Assembly: GCA_040381515.1 (NCBI GenBank)
Contig: JBEIHE010000001.1
Location: 5,841-69,840, forward strand
Reading direction: 5' to 3'
Source: Polaromonas sp.
GTDB lineage: Bacteria; Pseudomonadota; Gammaproteobacteria; Burkholderiales; Burkholderiaceae_C
DNA length: 64,000 nucleotides
The translations under genes were made by a program, and so were the position numbers. Under the pieces are notes generated by a model. That model saw only the letters and a program-made list of their open reading frames with translations, was not told the origin of the DNA and made no database searches. Positions 1 to 11,161 of the stretch are shown here, in pieces. Position 1 is the stretch's first letter; the number at the start of each line of letters is the position of its first letter.

Positions 1-874
1 AGGCGATCACCACCTCTTGCGTGCGCGACTCGCCCGGCTGCGGGGTCAGCGACACCCGAATGGTGTCTCCAATGCCCTCCTGCAGCAAGATCGACAACGC
101 CGCACTGGAGGCAACTGTGCCCTTGGTTCCCATGCCCGCCTCGGTCAGACCCAGATGCAGGGCATGATCGGTACGGCGCGCCAGTTCGCGGTACACCGAG
201 ATCAGGTCCTGCACCCCCGATACCTTGCAGGACAGCAGGATCTGCTCATGCTTCATGCCCAGCGCCTCGGCCCGCTGGGCAGACTGCAGGGCCGATGTGA
301 TCAGGGCCTCGTACATCACCTGCCTTGCGTCCCAGGGCTGGGGGCGGCGACCATTTTCATCCATCATCTGAGCCAGGAGTTCCTGATCCAGGCTACCCCA
401 ATTGACTCCGATGCGCACCGGCTTGTCCCAGCGCAAGGCCGCCTCGACCATCTGTGCAAATTGCTTGTCGTGCTTATCGCCCTTGCCCACATTGCCCGGA
501 TTGATCCGGTATTTGGAAAGCGCCTCTGCACAGGCGGGGAAGTCGCTGAGCAGGCGATGGCCGTTGTAATGAAAATCGCCCACCAGAGGAACATCGATCC
601 CCATGCGATCGAGCTGCTCGCGCACATGCGGCACGGCTGCAGCAGCCTCGGGCGTATTCACGGTAATGCGCACCACCTCAGAACCGGCCTGGGCCAATTC
701 CTTGCACTGGATGGCCGTGGCAATCGCATCGGCCGTGTCGGTGTTGGTCATCGACTGCACGCGAACCGGCGCGTCGCCGCCGACTGTCACCACCCGGGAA
801 CCCCAGACGATTCGAGCCTGAACCGAACGACGCGAACGCGGGCGAGCGGACTCGATAGGCAAGCACTGCGACAT
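1..874 (-). CDS. ispG: 4-hydroxy-3-methylbut-2-en-1-yl diphosphate synthase (IspG/GcpE), 5' part; truncated by window edge
   Basis: Hand translation of the minus strand from ATG at 874 (overlaps rodZ TGA) gives MSQCLPIE...[18 protein letters not shown]...[10 protein letters not shown]...[10 protein letters not shown]...[10 protein letters not shown]...[11 protein letters not shown], all IspG motifs. Not in the ORF track because it runs off the edge. Confidence 0.96.
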   Translation of the reverse strand, partial: MSQCLPIESARPRSRRSVQARIVWGSRVVTVGGDAPVRVQSMTNTDTADAIATAIQCKELAQAGSEVVRITVNTPEAAAAVPHVREQLDRMGIDVPLVGDFHYNGHRLLSDFPACAEALSKYRINPGNVGKGDKHDKQFAQMVEAALRWDKPVRIGVNWGSLDQELLAQMMDENGRRPQPWDARQVMYEALITSALQSAQRAEALGMKHEQILLSCKVSGVQDLISVYRELARRTDHALHLGLTEAGMGTKGTVASSAALSILLQEGIGDTIRVSLTPQPGESRTQEVVIA

Positions 875-1758
875 CATTGCACCTCAAAACGCGCCACGGG
901 ACCACGGGCAATCGGACCTAAATCAAACGGGCTGCCGCGCACCAGCACGGTCACGCCAGTGACGTCACCGACCGTCACACGCAGCAGCGGTGCGGCCGTT
1001 ACCGGCACCTGCTCGCCTGGCTGAAGCAGTCGACGCAGAACCACCTGTTCCCCAGGACCCATCACCTCGACCCAGGTCGGCTTGTGTACCTGGAACAGCA
1101 CGATCGAGGACTCTGCAGAGACAGATGAAGCGGAAGTCTTGGGTACGGAGGACGAAGGGGACGCGCCCCCCGACGGTGCAACTGGCGCACCAGCGGAGGC
1201 GGTGGACTGCGCTGCACCGGCAAGCGGCCCGCTGTCGGCTGGCGTGTGCTGGAGTCGAAGCGGCTGGACCGGCTCGGTAATGACCGACGCCGAAGATGCC
1301 TGGGTCTTGCTGGTACCCTCTTTTTGCCCCCAGGCCGAAATCTCAGGCCAGAAAAAAACCAGGGCGGCGGCCAAGGCCAACCCCCCTGCGGTCAACAGCA
1401 CAGGCAGCGTCAGCGAATACCAAGGCCGCCCTGGACCGTTATGGGAAGGAGACCGAAAGGGTTGATTGAGCGATCCCTCGATAGAGAGGACCGGTAGGTC
1501 GGGATCGGGCAAAAGAGGAAGAACCTGCTGCGGATCCAATTTGAGATGGCGGCAAACGCTCAGAACTAGCGCACGGGTAAAAACCGCACTGGGCAAAAGA
1601 TCAAAACGATCTGCTTCGAGTGCTTCAAGCCTCTTGACCGGCACCTTGAGGATCACAGACAGGGCACCGACGTGCAGCCCCGCCCTTTCACGAGCCTGCC
1701 GCAAGACGGCGCCCGCACCGGACTGCAGAGGAGTCGTCTGATCTTGAGTTTCACTCAT
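874..1758 (-). CDS. rodZ: RodZ-like cytoskeleton protein (HTH_25 + TM + DUF4115)
   Basis: N-terminal HTH ([13 protein letters not shown]...[14 protein letters not shown]), single TM segment, Ala/Ser-rich linker, C-terminal TWVEV...VTVGDVTGV; conserved rlmN-pilW-rodZ-ispG order. Start re-picked at MSETQ (1758). Confidence 0.88.
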   Translation of the reverse strand: MSETQDQTTPLQSGAGAVLRQARERAGLHVGALSVILKVPVKRLEALEADRFDLLPSAVFTRALVLSVCRHLKLDPQQVLPLLPDPDLPVLSIEGSLNQPFRSPSHNGPGRPWYSLTLPVLLTAGGLALAAALVFFWPEISAWGQKEGTSKTQASSASVITEPVQPLRLQHTPADSGPLAGAAQSTASAGAPVAPSGGASPSSSVPKTSASSVSAESSIVLFQVHKPTWVEVMGPGEQVVLRRLLQPGEQVPVTAAPLLRVTVGDVTGVTVLVRGSPFDLGPIARGPVARFEVQ

Positions 1759-2449
1759 CCCAAGCGCCTTTTTCAAAAGCGGCCGCCTGCGGTGACTGCC
1801 CAAAGCGGGTTCGCAGCTGCAGACCGAATTTGCTGGTTAGAGCCTGATTATCCAGCCTGCGCGCCATTCGCGCGGCCTGCCACAGCGTTTGGGGCTGCCC
1901 AACCTGCTCCAAGGGCATCTGAGACAGCGTCTCGACGGCCCGTGACACCTGACCGGCCCGCTCCTGACAAGCGGCCAGAGCCAGCCAGGTCCGGTCGGCA
2001 TTGCGGTAGCCCGGTCGACTGAGCGCACGTCGCAACAAAGCCTGGGCCTCGTCGGCCTTGGCTTGTTGGCACATCAGCCATCCGCGGTTGTGCAGGGCAT
2101 CCCCGTCATCGGGGGCCCGCGCAAGGGCGCCGTCGAAGCTCTCTCGCGCCCGGACCTCGTCGCCCAATTGGAGATAGGCCAGTCCGCGCAAAGTCCAAGC
2201 GGCGGGCAATTCGGGGCTGAGCAACAAGGCCTGCTTGACTTCGTCAAGGGCCACCATAGCCTGACCGCGCTGCAGATAGGCATCGGCCAGTTCCAGACGA
2301 ATCAGGGCCAGGCGACGACTTGGAGTCTGATCAAACTCTGTGGTGGGGTCAGACCGCGAGGAGGGCTGACTTGGAATCACCCCACATGCCGAAAGGAGAC
2401 CCGCCAGGAGCAGGACCGCCCCACAGAACGCAGTCCTTCTAAACTTCAT
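1751..2449 (-). CDS. pilW: Type IV pilus biogenesis/stability lipoprotein PilW/PilF (TPR)
   Basis: Lipobox LLSAC, TPR-like repeats ([22 protein letters not shown]), position between rlmN and rodZ. Start re-picked at MKFRR. Confidence 0.9.
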   Translation of the reverse strand: MKFRRTAFCGAVLLLAGLLSACGVIPSQPSSRSDPTTEFDQTPSRRLALIRLELADAYLQRGQAMVALDEVKQALLLSPELPAAWTLRGLAYLQLGDEVRARESFDGALARAPDDGDALHNRGWLMCQQAKADEAQALLRRALSRPGYRNADRTWLALAACQERAGQVSRAVETLSQMPLEQVGQPQTLWQAARMARRLDNQALTSKFGLQLRTRFGQSPQAAAFEKGAWDE

Positions 2450-3590
2450 CTCGAATTTGTGCGCCGGCACTGCGCTGCGGGCCGAGCTTCATGGACACAC
2501 GCTGAATGCCGATGCGCCGCTGTACGTCGGTACGATCGCGCACATCGCCAGCCAATTGCCCGCAGGCCGCATCAATGTCATCGCCTCTGGTCTTCCTGAC
2601 AGTGGTGACCATCCCCGCCTCCGACAAAATCGCAGCGAAGGCCTGCACGCGATCGGCTGGAGAGCGCTTGAGACCAGAGGCCGGGAACGGATTGAAAGGA
2701 ATCAGGTTGAACTTGGCTGACAGATGGCCTGCATGCCGCCGCATCAAATCGATCAGGGCACGGGCCTGCGCGGGCTGATCGTTGATGCCATCGAGCATGC
2801 AGTACTCAAAGGTCATGAAGTCGCGCGGAGCAAAGTTCTGATACCGACCACAGGCCTGTAACAGCTCTTCAATCGGATACTTGCGGTTGAGGGGAACCAG
2901 ATGGTCACGCAGCGCATCATCGGGCGCGTGCAGGGAAATGGCCAAGGCCACCGGCAGATCCTGCGACAGCCGATCCATCATCGGCACCACGCCGGAGGTG
3001 GAAACGGTCACCCGACGCCGCGACAGACCATAGGCGTGGTCATCGAGCATGATGCGCAAGGCAGGCAGCAGTTGCGAATAGTTCTGCAGCGGCTCGCCCA
3101 TCCCCATCATGACGACATTGGTAATGACTCGGTCCTGGCGACCCAGCTCACGGCGCAGGGTGTGCTCGGCAAACCAGAGCTGAGCCACGATCTCCGAAGC
3201 AGTCAGATTGCGACTGAAGCCCTGATGCCCCGTGGAGCAGAAACGGCATCCGACAGCACAACCGGCCTGCGATGAAATGCAGAGCGTACCCCGGTCAGTC
3301 TCCGGTATGTAAACCGACTCGATCAGATTGCCGTCGCCAACATCAAAGAGCCACTTGATCGTGCCATCGGCCGAACGCTGTGTGGATACCGGGAGGAGTC
3401 CGAGCACCTGCGCCATACCAGATAGCTTTTCACGCAGAGACCGGGCCAGATCGCTCATCTGCGCGAAATCGGCAACCCCACGCTGATGAATCCAGCGATA
3501 GAGCTGCGTGGCGCGAAAGCGCTTTTCCCCCAACTGGTCGCAAAAATCGACCAGAGCGTCGTGGTCAAGGCCGAGCAGGTTCGTCATCAT
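2439..3590 (-). CDS. rlmN: 23S rRNA m2A2503 methyltransferase RlmN (radical SAM)
   Basis: [15 protein letters not shown] radical SAM motif, [15 protein letters not shown]. Confidence 0.98.
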   Translation of the reverse strand: MMTNLLGLDHDALVDFCDQLGEKRFRATQLYRWIHQRGVADFAQMSDLARSLREKLSGMAQVLGLLPVSTQRSADGTIKWLFDVGDGNLIESVYIPETDRGTLCISSQAGCAVGCRFCSTGHQGFSRNLTASEIVAQLWFAEHTLRRELGRQDRVITNVVMMGMGEPLQNYSQLLPALRIMLDDHAYGLSRRRVTVSTSGVVPMMDRLSQDLPVALAISLHAPDDALRDHLVPLNRKYPIEELLQACGRYQNFAPRDFMTFEYCMLDGINDQPAQARALIDLMRRHAGHLSAKFNLIPFNPFPASGLKRSPADRVQAFAAILSEAGMVTTVRKTRGDDIDAACGQLAGDVRDRTDVQRRIGIQRVSMKLGPQRSAGAQIRDEV

Positions 3591-3661
3591 CTAGGGCACA
3601 CGTCAGGTCGCCAGCGTAACGCCTGTCCGGATAAAAACAAGAGGTCGACCGCTGATGGCAC

Positions 3662-3683
3662 AGCGGGGCCCGCAGGCCCCGCT
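3662..3683. other. Perfect 9-bp GC hairpin in the ndk-rlmN intergenic region
   Basis: agcggggcc-cgca-ggccccgct; no clear U-tract, so a stability/processing hairpin rather than a firm terminator. Confidence 0.45.
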
Positions 3684-3712
3684 TCAACCAAAGGCCACAG
3701 GCCCCGTGCCGT

Positions 3713-4138
3713 TTAACGCGAATAGACGCTCATGCCTGGGAAAAAGAAGGCCACTTCCTGGGCGGCCGTTTCGGGACCATCCGAACCATGGACCGCGTTG
3801 GCGTCAATGCTGTCGGCAAAGTCGGCTCGGATGGTTCCGGCAGCCGCTTTCTTGGGATCGGTTGCCCCCATGAGATCGCGATTCTTGACAATTGCGTTCT
3901 CCCCTTCGAGCACCTGGATCATGACCGGACCGGACACCATGAAGCGGACCAGGTCCTTGAAAAAGGGGCGCTCCTTGTGCACGGCATAGAAGGCCTCTGC
4001 CTCGCCCTGCGAGAGGTGGGTCATGCGAGCGGCCACGACCTTCAGACCTGCAGCCTCGAAGCGGGCGTAGATTTGACCGATCACGTTCTTGGCAACCGCG
4101 TCGGGCTTGATGATGGAAAGAGTGCGCTCGATAGACAT
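3713..4138 (-). CDS. ndk: Nucleoside diphosphate kinase
   Basis: [15 protein letters not shown]...NAVHGSD catalytic His motif; 141 aa from the re-picked start. Confidence 0.98.
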   Translation of the reverse strand: MSIERTLSIIKPDAVAKNVIGQIYARFEAAGLKVVAARMTHLSQGEAEAFYAVHKERPFFKDLVRFMVSGPVMIQVLEGENAIVKNRDLMGATDPKKAAAGTIRADFADSIDANAVHGSDGPETAAQEVAFFFPGMSVYSR

Positions 4139-4259
4139 GCAAGATCCTTGGGACAAAAAATCGGACAAAAACAATGGAGGGAAAACGAAAAACTCTTTAT
4201 TTTAAAGCGGATGGACCAATCCCCCTGTCGGCCCCGGGTTGCCCCGGTCGACGCAGCGC

Positions 4260-5846
4260 TCAACCACGACCGGACTTGCGCCCGCCACGGGAGCCACCGC
4301 GGCCACTGGCCTGGCCCTCACGTTGACGGGTAAAGGTGTCAGCGCCGATGTATCCAAATGAGGTCTTCATCGGATCAGGCTGTCCCCCGCCTCCTGGGGA
4401 GCCGCCGCGGCCCTGCCGCTTCTTGCCCGAGCCGGAACTGGGCAAATTAAAGCCCGGCTGCGGGCTGCCAGGACGGGGACCCTTGCCGCGGGCGCGCTTT
4501 CGACGCCCTCCTCCGCCACCGTCGATCCGTCCTGGCTCATGCCCGCCCGGCGGCGGCTGAAACTCGTATGGACCTATAGGCTCATCGTTCAGCCCGGCAT
4601 CGGAAGACTCCGAATCCGGCAAAACCGAAGACGCAGGAACTTCGGAGGAATCGGAGGCCTGTTCGCCGGCAGGTCCATCGACCGCCGCAAGCGTATCGGC
4701 CGGTCCTGGCTTACCACCGCGCCCGCGGCCCTTCTCACGCGCCTTCAGGTCTGCCTCGCGCAATGCCCTTGTGAGCAGCGCAATGTCGCGCTCATCGAGT
4801 TCGACAAACACGCCACGGCGCAAACCGCGTGGCAACATGAACGCTCCATAGCGGATCCGGATCAGTCGGCTGACCGCATGCCCCACCGATTCAAAAAGCC
4901 GCCGAACTTCGCGATTACGACCTTCGGCAATGGTGACCCGGTACCAACAGTTGACGCCCTCCCCGGCGCCGGCTTCCTCGATCGAGCCAAAACGCGCCAG
5001 ACCATCGTCGAGCGGGACGCCTTCAAGCAGGCGCTGCTTTTCCTCCGCGCTGAGGACCCCCAGCACCCGGACCGCGTACTCACGCTCCAGCCCAAAGCGG
5101 GGGTGCATCAACCTATTGGCCAGTTCACCCGAATTGGTAAAGAGCAGCAAACCCTCGGTGTTGAGATCCAGTCGCCCCACCGACTGCCACTTGCCCTGCT
5201 GCAGCCGCGGCAGCTTGCGAAACACGGTCGGTCGATTTTGCGGATCGTCGTGGGTGACCACCTCACCGACCGGCTTGTGATAGGCGATCACCCTCGGGGG
5301 GGGCGGCGCAATGCGCACACGCAGCGGTTTGCCGTTGACCTTGATGGCATCGCCGAATTGAATTCGCTGACCTATGTGCGCCGGTTCATTGTTGACCGAA
5401 ATTCGCCCCTCAAGAATGAGCTGCTCCATTTCAAGCCGAGAGCCCAAGCCCGCCTGCGCCAGCACCTTGTGCAGTTTCGGGCTTTCAGGCTGAGGCGCAA
5501 GCACCCTGCGCGGCAGTTCGACCGCGGGATCCTGCTCATCGGCGTCGAGCTGCCCGGCCACTACATCCTCGAAACGATAGGCTTGGCGCGGCGGCGCCTG
5601 GCGATCATGACGTGGGGAAGGCCGGGAGTCGTCGGCTGCGGAAGCGGGAGAGACAGGAGCGCGGTCGCGCCCCCCCCGAGGCCGGCGGTCGCGCCGACGA
5701 CGTGGCCTGCCCTCCCGGGATTGCTGGCCACCATCGGGTCCTTGCCCCTGATCAGCAGCAGGAACCTGCCCGGTTGGCGCCGTATCGGACCGATCGGGCT
5801 GCAGAGGCGGCGTTGTCAAATCAGGGGAGGGTTCGTCTGGCAGCAT
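4260..5846 (-). CDS. rluB: 23S rRNA pseudouridine synthase RluB-like with long disordered termini
   Basis: S4 domain ([14 protein letters not shown]), [21 protein letters not shown]; follows scpB. Confidence 0.92.
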   Translation of the reverse strand: MLPDEPSPDLTTPPLQPDRSDTAPTGQVPAADQGQGPDGGQQSREGRPRRRRDRRPRGGRDRAPVSPASAADDSRPSPRHDRQAPPRQAYRFEDVVAGQLDADEQDPAVELPRRVLAPQPESPKLHKVLAQAGLGSRLEMEQLILEGRISVNNEPAHIGQRIQFGDAIKVNGKPLRVRIAPPPPRVIAYHKPVGEVVTHDDPQNRPTVFRKLPRLQQGKWQSVGRLDLNTEGLLLFTNSGELANRLMHPRFGLEREYAVRVLGVLSAEEKQRLLEGVPLDDGLARFGSIEEAGAGEGVNCWYRVTIAEGRNREVRRLFESVGHAVSRLIRIRYGAFMLPRGLRRGVFVELDERDIALLTRALREADLKAREKGRGRGGKPGPADTLAAVDGPAGEQASDSSEVPASSVLPDSESSDAGLNDEPIGPYEFQPPPGGHEPGRIDGGGGGRRKRARGKGPRPGSPQPGFNLPSSGSGKKRQGRGGSPGGGGQPDPMKTSFGYIGADTFTRQREGQASGRGGSRGGRKSGRG

Positions 5847-5851
5847 GTCGG

Positions 5852-6520
5852 TCAGGAGCTCGGGGGCTCGTCAGGTGGAGGGGGCTGCAGCGCAGTCGCG
5901 GGACCATCCCCCTTGGGAGCTTCGGGGTCCAGAACCTGGTCACTGGGCTCGGCAATACGCTCCTCGGTCAGTCCGAATTCGATCTGATCGAGAACACTCT
6001 GGTCAAGTCCCTCGCCCTCAAGCAGGGGCAGTTGGTCAAGGGACTTCAGACCCAGATCGTCAAGGAATTGCCGCGTGGTGGCGTAAAGCGCAGGTCGCCC
6101 CACGGTTTCGCGGTGACCGATGACTTCGATCCAGCCCCTGTCTTCGAGCTGCTTGAGCAGCAGAGAATTGATGGTGACACCCCTGATGTCCTCCATATCA
6201 CCCCGCGTCACAGGCTGTCGGTACGCAATGATCGCCAGCGTCTCCAGGGTCGCCCGCGTGTACTTGGGCGGCTTCTCTGGATGCAGCCGGTCCAAATAGG
6301 GACGCATCTCAGGACGGCTCTGAAAGCGCCAGCCCGATGCCACCTGCACCAGCTCCACCCCGCGGCCAGCCCACTCGTCCTGCAATTGGGCCAGCAACAG
6401 CTTGATCGTATCGGCCCCTACCGCCCCGTCAAAGAGCAAGCTCAGATCTCGCACCGCAATTGCCTGGGGCGCGCAGATGAGGGCCGTCTCGAGGACGCGC
6501 TTGGCATCCAAGGTATTCAT
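5852..6520 (-). CDS. scpB: SMC-Scp complex subunit ScpB
   Basis: [37 protein letters not shown]. Start re-picked at MNTLDAK. Confidence 0.96.
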   Translation of the reverse strand: MNTLDAKRVLETALICAPQAIAVRDLSLLFDGAVGADTIKLLLAQLQDEWAGRGVELVQVASGWRFQSRPEMRPYLDRLHPEKPPKYTRATLETLAIIAYRQPVTRGDMEDIRGVTINSLLLKQLEDRGWIEVIGHRETVGRPALYATTRQFLDDLGLKSLDQLPLLEGEGLDQSVLDQIEFGLTEERIAEPSDQVLDPEAPKGDGPATALQPPPPDEPPSS

Positions 6521-6663
6521 CAAATCAAAACTCGAAAGCGGAGAAGTCGGAGCCCGAAAAACGGACCACCTGCGGAACGTCGCTCTAGGCGAATAAGCGC
6601 CTTGCAGCGGAAGCAACCGCCCAGATGAAAGCCACCCCGACCGGGTGACTGCCCCATTGTAGC

Positions 6664-7704
6664 TCAGCCCCCTTGCAGTTCCGGGGCCTGGAGACCAAGC
6701 GTGCCGGCAGCGGCGGCCATGTCAGCCGGCCAGGCACAGCGCCAGCTGATCAGAGACCCGGTACGGGGATGCTGGAGCGACAGCCGCCAGGCATGCAAGC
6801 CTTGCCGCTCCAGGCCCGCCAAGGGCTTGCCTCCGTAGAGAACATCTCCAAGCAAGGGATGCCCCAGGTGCCGCATGTGGACGCGAATTTGATGCGTGCG
6901 CCCGGTGTGCAATCGACAGTGCACCAGACAAGCTTGCTCCTGACTGGCCAGAACGCGCAGATCGGTACGCGCCGACTTACCCGCCTGCCGCGCTGGATCG
7001 ACAACGGCCATGCGGGTGCGCTGGTAGGGGTCTCGGCCTATGGCCTGCTCGACCGACGACTGGGCCGGTCCCCGCCAGGCTTTATGAGCCAGGGCCAGAT
7101 ACTCGCGCTGTACCTCTCGGCGCGAAATCGCACCCACCAACGCCTCCATGGCGGCGCGGGTCTTGGCCACCACCATGAGGCCGCTGGTGTCCTTGTCGAG
7201 CCGGTGAACAATGCCGGCCCGTGGCAGCAGCCGAGCCCCTTCATGATGCGCAAGCAGGCCATTGAGCAGCGTGCCACTCCAATGGCCCGGCGCCGGATGG
7301 ACCACCAGACCCACCCGTTTGTCGAGAACCAGCAAATCAGCGTCCTCGTACACCACAGCCAAATCCATGGGCTGGGGATCAAAGGCGCGGGCCTGAGCCG
7401 CCAGATCACAACGCAGCTCAATCTGGTCGCCCAACCTGACCTTGGTCGCAGAGCGGGTCTGCACCCGACCGTTCACCTGCACCGCAGAGACATCGATGAG
7501 CTGCTGAACAAGATTGCGCGAGAGATCGGGCAACATCAAGGCCAAAGCCTTATCGAGCCGCTCCCCGTGTCCGACCTCGGTCACCCGGACATGGCGGGTC
7601 AGCAAGGTGGCAGGCGAATCCCCGACGCCTTCCTGGAGATCGTCATCCCAGTCCGGCGCCACGTCGGGTCCTATAATTTCAGGATCACGGTCAGTTCCGC
7701 TCAT
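6664..7704 (-). CDS. rluD: 23S rRNA pseudouridine synthase RluD
   Basis: GERLDKAL S4 start, [23 protein letters not shown]; divergent from bamD as in many Proteobacteria. ATG at 7704 preferred over GTG at 7728. Confidence 0.95.
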   Translation of the reverse strand: MSGTDRDPEIIGPDVAPDWDDDLQEGVGDSPATLLTRHVRVTEVGHGERLDKALALMLPDLSRNLVQQLIDVSAVQVNGRVQTRSATKVRLGDQIELRCDLAAQARAFDPQPMDLAVVYEDADLLVLDKRVGLVVHPAPGHWSGTLLNGLLAHHEGARLLPRAGIVHRLDKDTSGLMVVAKTRAAMEALVGAISRREVQREYLALAHKAWRGPAQSSVEQAIGRDPYQRTRMAVVDPARQAGKSARTDLRVLASQEQACLVHCRLHTGRTHQIRVHMRHLGHPLLGDVLYGGKPLAGLERQGLHAWRLSLQHPRTGSLISWRCAWPADMAAAAGTLGLQAPELQGG

Positions 7705-7731
7705 CACAGGTTCAACGCAAAGGTCCACGGC

Positions 7732-8544
7732 ATGCTGTTCGCAGGATTATCGACCGCACGGATCGTTCCCTTGATCGCCGCATTGCCTCTGATCTTGGTC
7801 GGCTGCGCAAGCGAGCCCAAAGATCCGACGGCAGGATGGAGCCCGAACAAGATTTACACCGAGGCTCGTGAGGAAGCCGCCAGCGGCGCCTACGACAAGG
7901 CCGTCTCTCTGTTTGAAAAGCTCGAAGGTCGCGCCGCCGGTACGGCACTGGCCCAGCAGGCTCAGTTGGAGAAGGCACACGCCCACTATCGCGCCGGGGA
8001 ACCTGCACAGGCCATTGCCACCCTCGATCGATTCATGCGCTTGCACCCTACGAGCCCTGCGGTCGACTACGCCCTTTACCTCAAGGGTCTGGCCAACTTC
8101 AACGACAACCTGGGACTTTTTGGTCGGCTTGCTCGCAAGGACTTGTCAGAGAGCGACCAGAAGGCTGCCAAGGAGTCTTTTGAGTCCTTCAAGGAACTGG
8201 TGACCCGCTTCCCTGACTCCAAGTACGCAGCGGACGCCCGATTGCGCATGACCTACGTGGTCAATTCGGTCGCGCAATCGGAAGTCAATGTGGCCCGCTA
8301 CTATCACTCACGCGGTGCCTACATTGCGGCCATCAACCGCGCACAGACGGCTCTCAATGAGTTTAGAGACGTGCCCGCGCATGAGGAGGCCCTATTCATT
8401 CTCTACCGCTCCTACGATGCCTTGGGCATGACCAGCCTGCGCGATGACACCCTCCGGGTGATGCAGCGAACCTACCCTAACAGCGCGTACCTGGGCGGAG
8501 CCAATCCGGCCACTAGCAAGCGTCCCTGGTATCGGTTCTGGTAA
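7732..8544 (+). CDS. bamD: Outer membrane protein assembly lipoprotein BamD (ComL)
   Basis: 3' part of ORF 6673..8544: lipobox LILVGC, TPRs, ...DYALYLKGLANF...FPDSKYAADA...EVNVARYY. The upstream part of that ORF is an rluD antisense shadow. Confidence 0.95.
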   Translation: MLFAGLSTARIVPLIAALPLILVGCASEPKDPTAGWSPNKIYTEAREEAASGAYDKAVSLFEKLEGRAAGTALAQQAQLEKAHAHYRAGEPAQAIATLDRFMRLHPTSPAVDYALYLKGLANFNDNLGLFGRLARKDLSESDQKAAKESFESFKELVTRFPDSKYAADARLRMTYVVNSVAQSEVNVARYYHSRGAYIAAINRAQTALNEFRDVPAHEEALFILYRSYDALGMTSLRDDTLRVMQRTYPNSAYLGGANPATSKRPWYRFW

Positions 8545-10513
8545 GTCCGTCGAGCCAGACCAGCCACTGATCGGCTTGGTCGATCCTCTGCATAGGCGGC
8601 AGGGCTTTGAGCAATCGCGCACCGTAGCTTCTGCTGAGCAAGCGGTTGTCGCAAACGGCCAGTCCTCCCCGGTCAGACTCGCTGCGAATCAGCCGCCCTG
8701 CTCCCTGCTTGAGCGCGACGGCCGCCTCAGGCAGTGAGTAATGCTTGAAGGCACTGCGGCCCTCAAGCTCGAGGGCCTGCGACCGGGCTTGCACCAAGGG
8801 GTCTTGGGGCGGTGGAAAAGGCAACTTGTCGATCACCACCAACTGCAAAGCCTCGCCGGGCACGTCGATGCCCTCCCAAAACGAGGCCGAGCCCACCAGC
8901 ACGCATCCGCGGCCGGCCAGGGTGCCAAGCCGAAAACGCTGGATCAACTCGCGTCGGGTCCACTGCCCCTGCACCAATACATCCAAAGACGAATCGTCCC
9001 CAAAGCGATCCTGCAAGACTTGCGCGATCTGACGCAAAGCCCTGAGCGAGGTGGTCAGCACCAGGGTTCGTCCTCCCAGGCGCAGCGCCCAATCGCCGGC
9101 CAGACGAGCGACCTGCAAAGCGTGCGCGGGATCATCCGGAGTAGGCAAGCCCGGGGGGATGTGAAGCGCTGCCTGCTCAGGGTAATGGAAGGGGCTGCCG
9201 ATGCGCAAAACGGACGCTGCCTGCAGGCCACAAGGTCCTGTAAACCAAGACAAACCCTCGTCATCACCCAAGGTGGCTGAAGTGAAGATCCAGATTCGTC
9301 GAGCCTGATCCGGATCAGATGCGGCCCAATGCTCGGACATGGACTGCGCGATATCCAGGGGCGACTCCACCAACCGCGCCTGCTGTCCGATCTCGACCCA
9401 GCGCACCCGATTCTTCGGTTCCTCAGAAGCAAATTGCTGCAGGCGAGCGCCAAAGGACTTCACCCGCTCGATCAGACGAGCAAAATCGGGGGACAGCTCG
9501 CTGACGGTCTCCAAAGCCTGGGCAGCGTGCGCAAAGGCCTCCTGCAAACTCGCAAGCGCCTGCATCCACGACTGGGGATCCAGACCCTGCGGAGCAGAAC
9601 CCTGCCAACCCAGACGCGATCCGGAAGCACCCTTGCCCAAAAGCAAGCGCAGCTCGCGCCCGGCGTATTCAATACCAGCTGCCAAGGTCTGCCAGTCTGC
9701 AAGACCACGCGCCATCTGCAAGCCCGCGGCCAGGAGATCGCGCACGAAATCAAAGAGCTGAGCCGTCGATAGCTCGGCGCCCAGAAACTGCGTCCCCGTC
9801 TCATTAAGTTGATGAGCCTCGTCGAAGATCACCATTCGTACCGTCGGCAGCAATTCGGCCATTCCCGATTCACGAATGGCCAGATCGGCAAAGAACAGGT
9901 GGTGATTGATCACCACCACGTCGGCCGCCAGGGCCTCGCGCCGGGCCTGATGCACATGGCAGGCCTTGAAACTAGGGCAGGCCGAGCCTAAACAGTTTTC
10001 GCGAGTGGAGGTAATCAAGGGCACGACCGGCGAGCGCTCATCGAAGTCCTCAATCTCGGCCAAGTCACCCACCTGAGTGACTTGCGCCCATCGCTCGATA
10101 CGTGCGAGCAGACGGGTCACTTCGCGCCCATGGTCCGGTCGCGCTGACAAGGCCTGCTGCATCCGGTGGATGCAAAGATAACTGGCCCGCCCCTTGAGCA
10201 GGGCCGTACTCACAGGCAGCCTCAAGGCCTCAATCAGACGCGGCAGATCACGTCCGTGCAGTTGATCCTGCAGCGTCTTGGTGGCCGTCGAGACAAGCAC
10301 CCGCTCTCCACTGAGCAGTGCCGGCACCAAGTAAGAGAAGGTCTTTCCCACGCCCGTGCTCGCCTCCACCACCAGGGCGCCGCCTTGTTCCACGGTATGC
10401 GCCACCGCCAGGGCCATGTCGATCTGGCCCTGGCGCGCCTGAAAGCGCTCAACGGCGCTGGCCAGCGCCCCGCCCGGGCTGAAGGCCGCGAGCACGGATG
10501 ACCGCAGATCCAT
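8513..10513 (-). CDS. yoaA: ATP-dependent DNA helicase, DinG/YoaA family (Fe-S)
   Basis: EASTGVGKT, KGRASYLC, Fe-S cysteines ENCLGSACPSFKAC, DEAH box, SFWEGIDVPG, KQGAGRLIR. Confidence 0.92.
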   Translation of the reverse strand: MDLRSSVLAAFSPGGALASAVERFQARQGQIDMALAVAHTVEQGGALVVEASTGVGKTFSYLVPALLSGERVLVSTATKTLQDQLHGRDLPRLIEALRLPVSTALLKGRASYLCIHRMQQALSARPDHGREVTRLLARIERWAQVTQVGDLAEIEDFDERSPVVPLITSTRENCLGSACPSFKACHVHQARREALAADVVVINHHLFFADLAIRESGMAELLPTVRMVIFDEAHQLNETGTQFLGAELSTAQLFDFVRDLLAAGLQMARGLADWQTLAAGIEYAGRELRLLLGKGASGSRLGWQGSAPQGLDPQSWMQALASLQEAFAHAAQALETVSELSPDFARLIERVKSFGARLQQFASEEPKNRVRWVEIGQQARLVESPLDIAQSMSEHWAASDPDQARRIWIFTSATLGDDEGLSWFTGPCGLQAASVLRIGSPFHYPEQAALHIPPGLPTPDDPAHALQVARLAGDWALRLGGRTLVLTTSLRALRQIAQVLQDRFGDDSSLDVLVQGQWTRRELIQRFRLGTLAGRGCVLVGSASFWEGIDVPGEALQLVVIDKLPFPPPQDPLVQARSQALELEGRSAFKHYSLPEAAVALKQGAGRLIRSESDRGGLAVCDNRLLSRSYGARLLKALPPMQRIDQADQWLVWLDGLTRTDTRDAC

Positions 10514-10516
10514 GTC

Positions 10517-11161
10517 TTAGCGCGCTGTCTGCGGCACAGCGTCAGCCGGGCCGGGCGAGGAACCCCGCGCATCGGAGCCGGCTGGCGGGGAACGCTCTGC
10601 CCGCTCCCGCCGTTCCCGCGCCGCCGCCTCCCGCGATTGATTGCGCTGCTCAGCAGCCCGCTGCTTTTGCTGCTGGCGCAAGGATCGCTCCTGCGCCTGC
10701 TCCGCCCGATCCTGCTGGGCCCGTGCGATCCGCCGCTCGATCTCCTCATCGGTCAAGGGTGGCGAACTCGCTGCGGTACGGTCTTGCAGGGTTTGCTGCT
10801 TGTCGCGAACACGTTCCTGTGCCACCTGCGTGCGATGCTGACGTCGCTGGCTCTCCAGTTCACGCTCAACGCGATCGAGTTCGGCCAGATCCAACCTGAA
10901 TTTTTCTCTCGCCTTCTCCAGGCAACTGTTGACCCAAAAGCCCCGACGGCAAGCGCTTTCCTGCTGCGAGAGGTCCGTCTTCAAGCGCTCGCGCGCGCGG
11001 CGCGTCGACTCCGTATCGGAACTCTGCCCCGAATCAGAAGCCATCGATCCAGCGGGAACTGCCTGCGCAGGTATCGCACCCGAGTTCGAATTCTGGGCTC
11101 GCACAGGGGTCAGGGCGACCGATGTCAGGCCCAACAGCAAAAAGAGGGCGGAGAGTTTCAT
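10517..11161 (-). CDS. Hypothetical exported coiled-coil protein
   Basis: Signal peptide MKLSALFLLLGLTSVALTPVRA; ACRRGFWVNSCL Cys pair; Q/R/E-rich coiled coil; start overlaps the zapE stop. Confidence 0.8.
   Translation of the reverse strand: MKLSALFLLLGLTSVALTPVRAQNSNSGAIPAQAVPAGSMASDSGQSSDTESTRRARERLKTDLSQQESACRRGFWVNSCLEKAREKFRLDLAELDRVERELESQRRQHRTQVAQERVRDKQQTLQDRTAASSPPLTDEEIERRIARAQQDRAEQAQERSLRQQQKQRAAEQRNQSREAAARERRERAERSPPAGSDARGSSPGPADAVPQTAR

Noticed and set aside
17-1024. 335-aa plus-strand ORF
   Set aside because: Antisense shadow of ispG and rodZ; the minus strand carries clear IspG motifs.
4539-6628. Long plus-strand ORFs of 482 aa and 338 aa
   Set aside because: Antisense shadows of rluB and scpB; stop-poor reverse frames are expected at high GC3.
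6673-7731. N-terminal 353 aa of the 623-aa ORF, suggesting a BamD fusion
   Set aside because: It is the reverse frame of rluD; BamD starts at ATG 7732 with its own lipoprotein signal.
8513-8544. 32-nt 3' overlap between convergent bamD and dinG/yoaA
   Set aside because: Short convergent overlaps are common and both proteins end plausibly; no sign of anything more.
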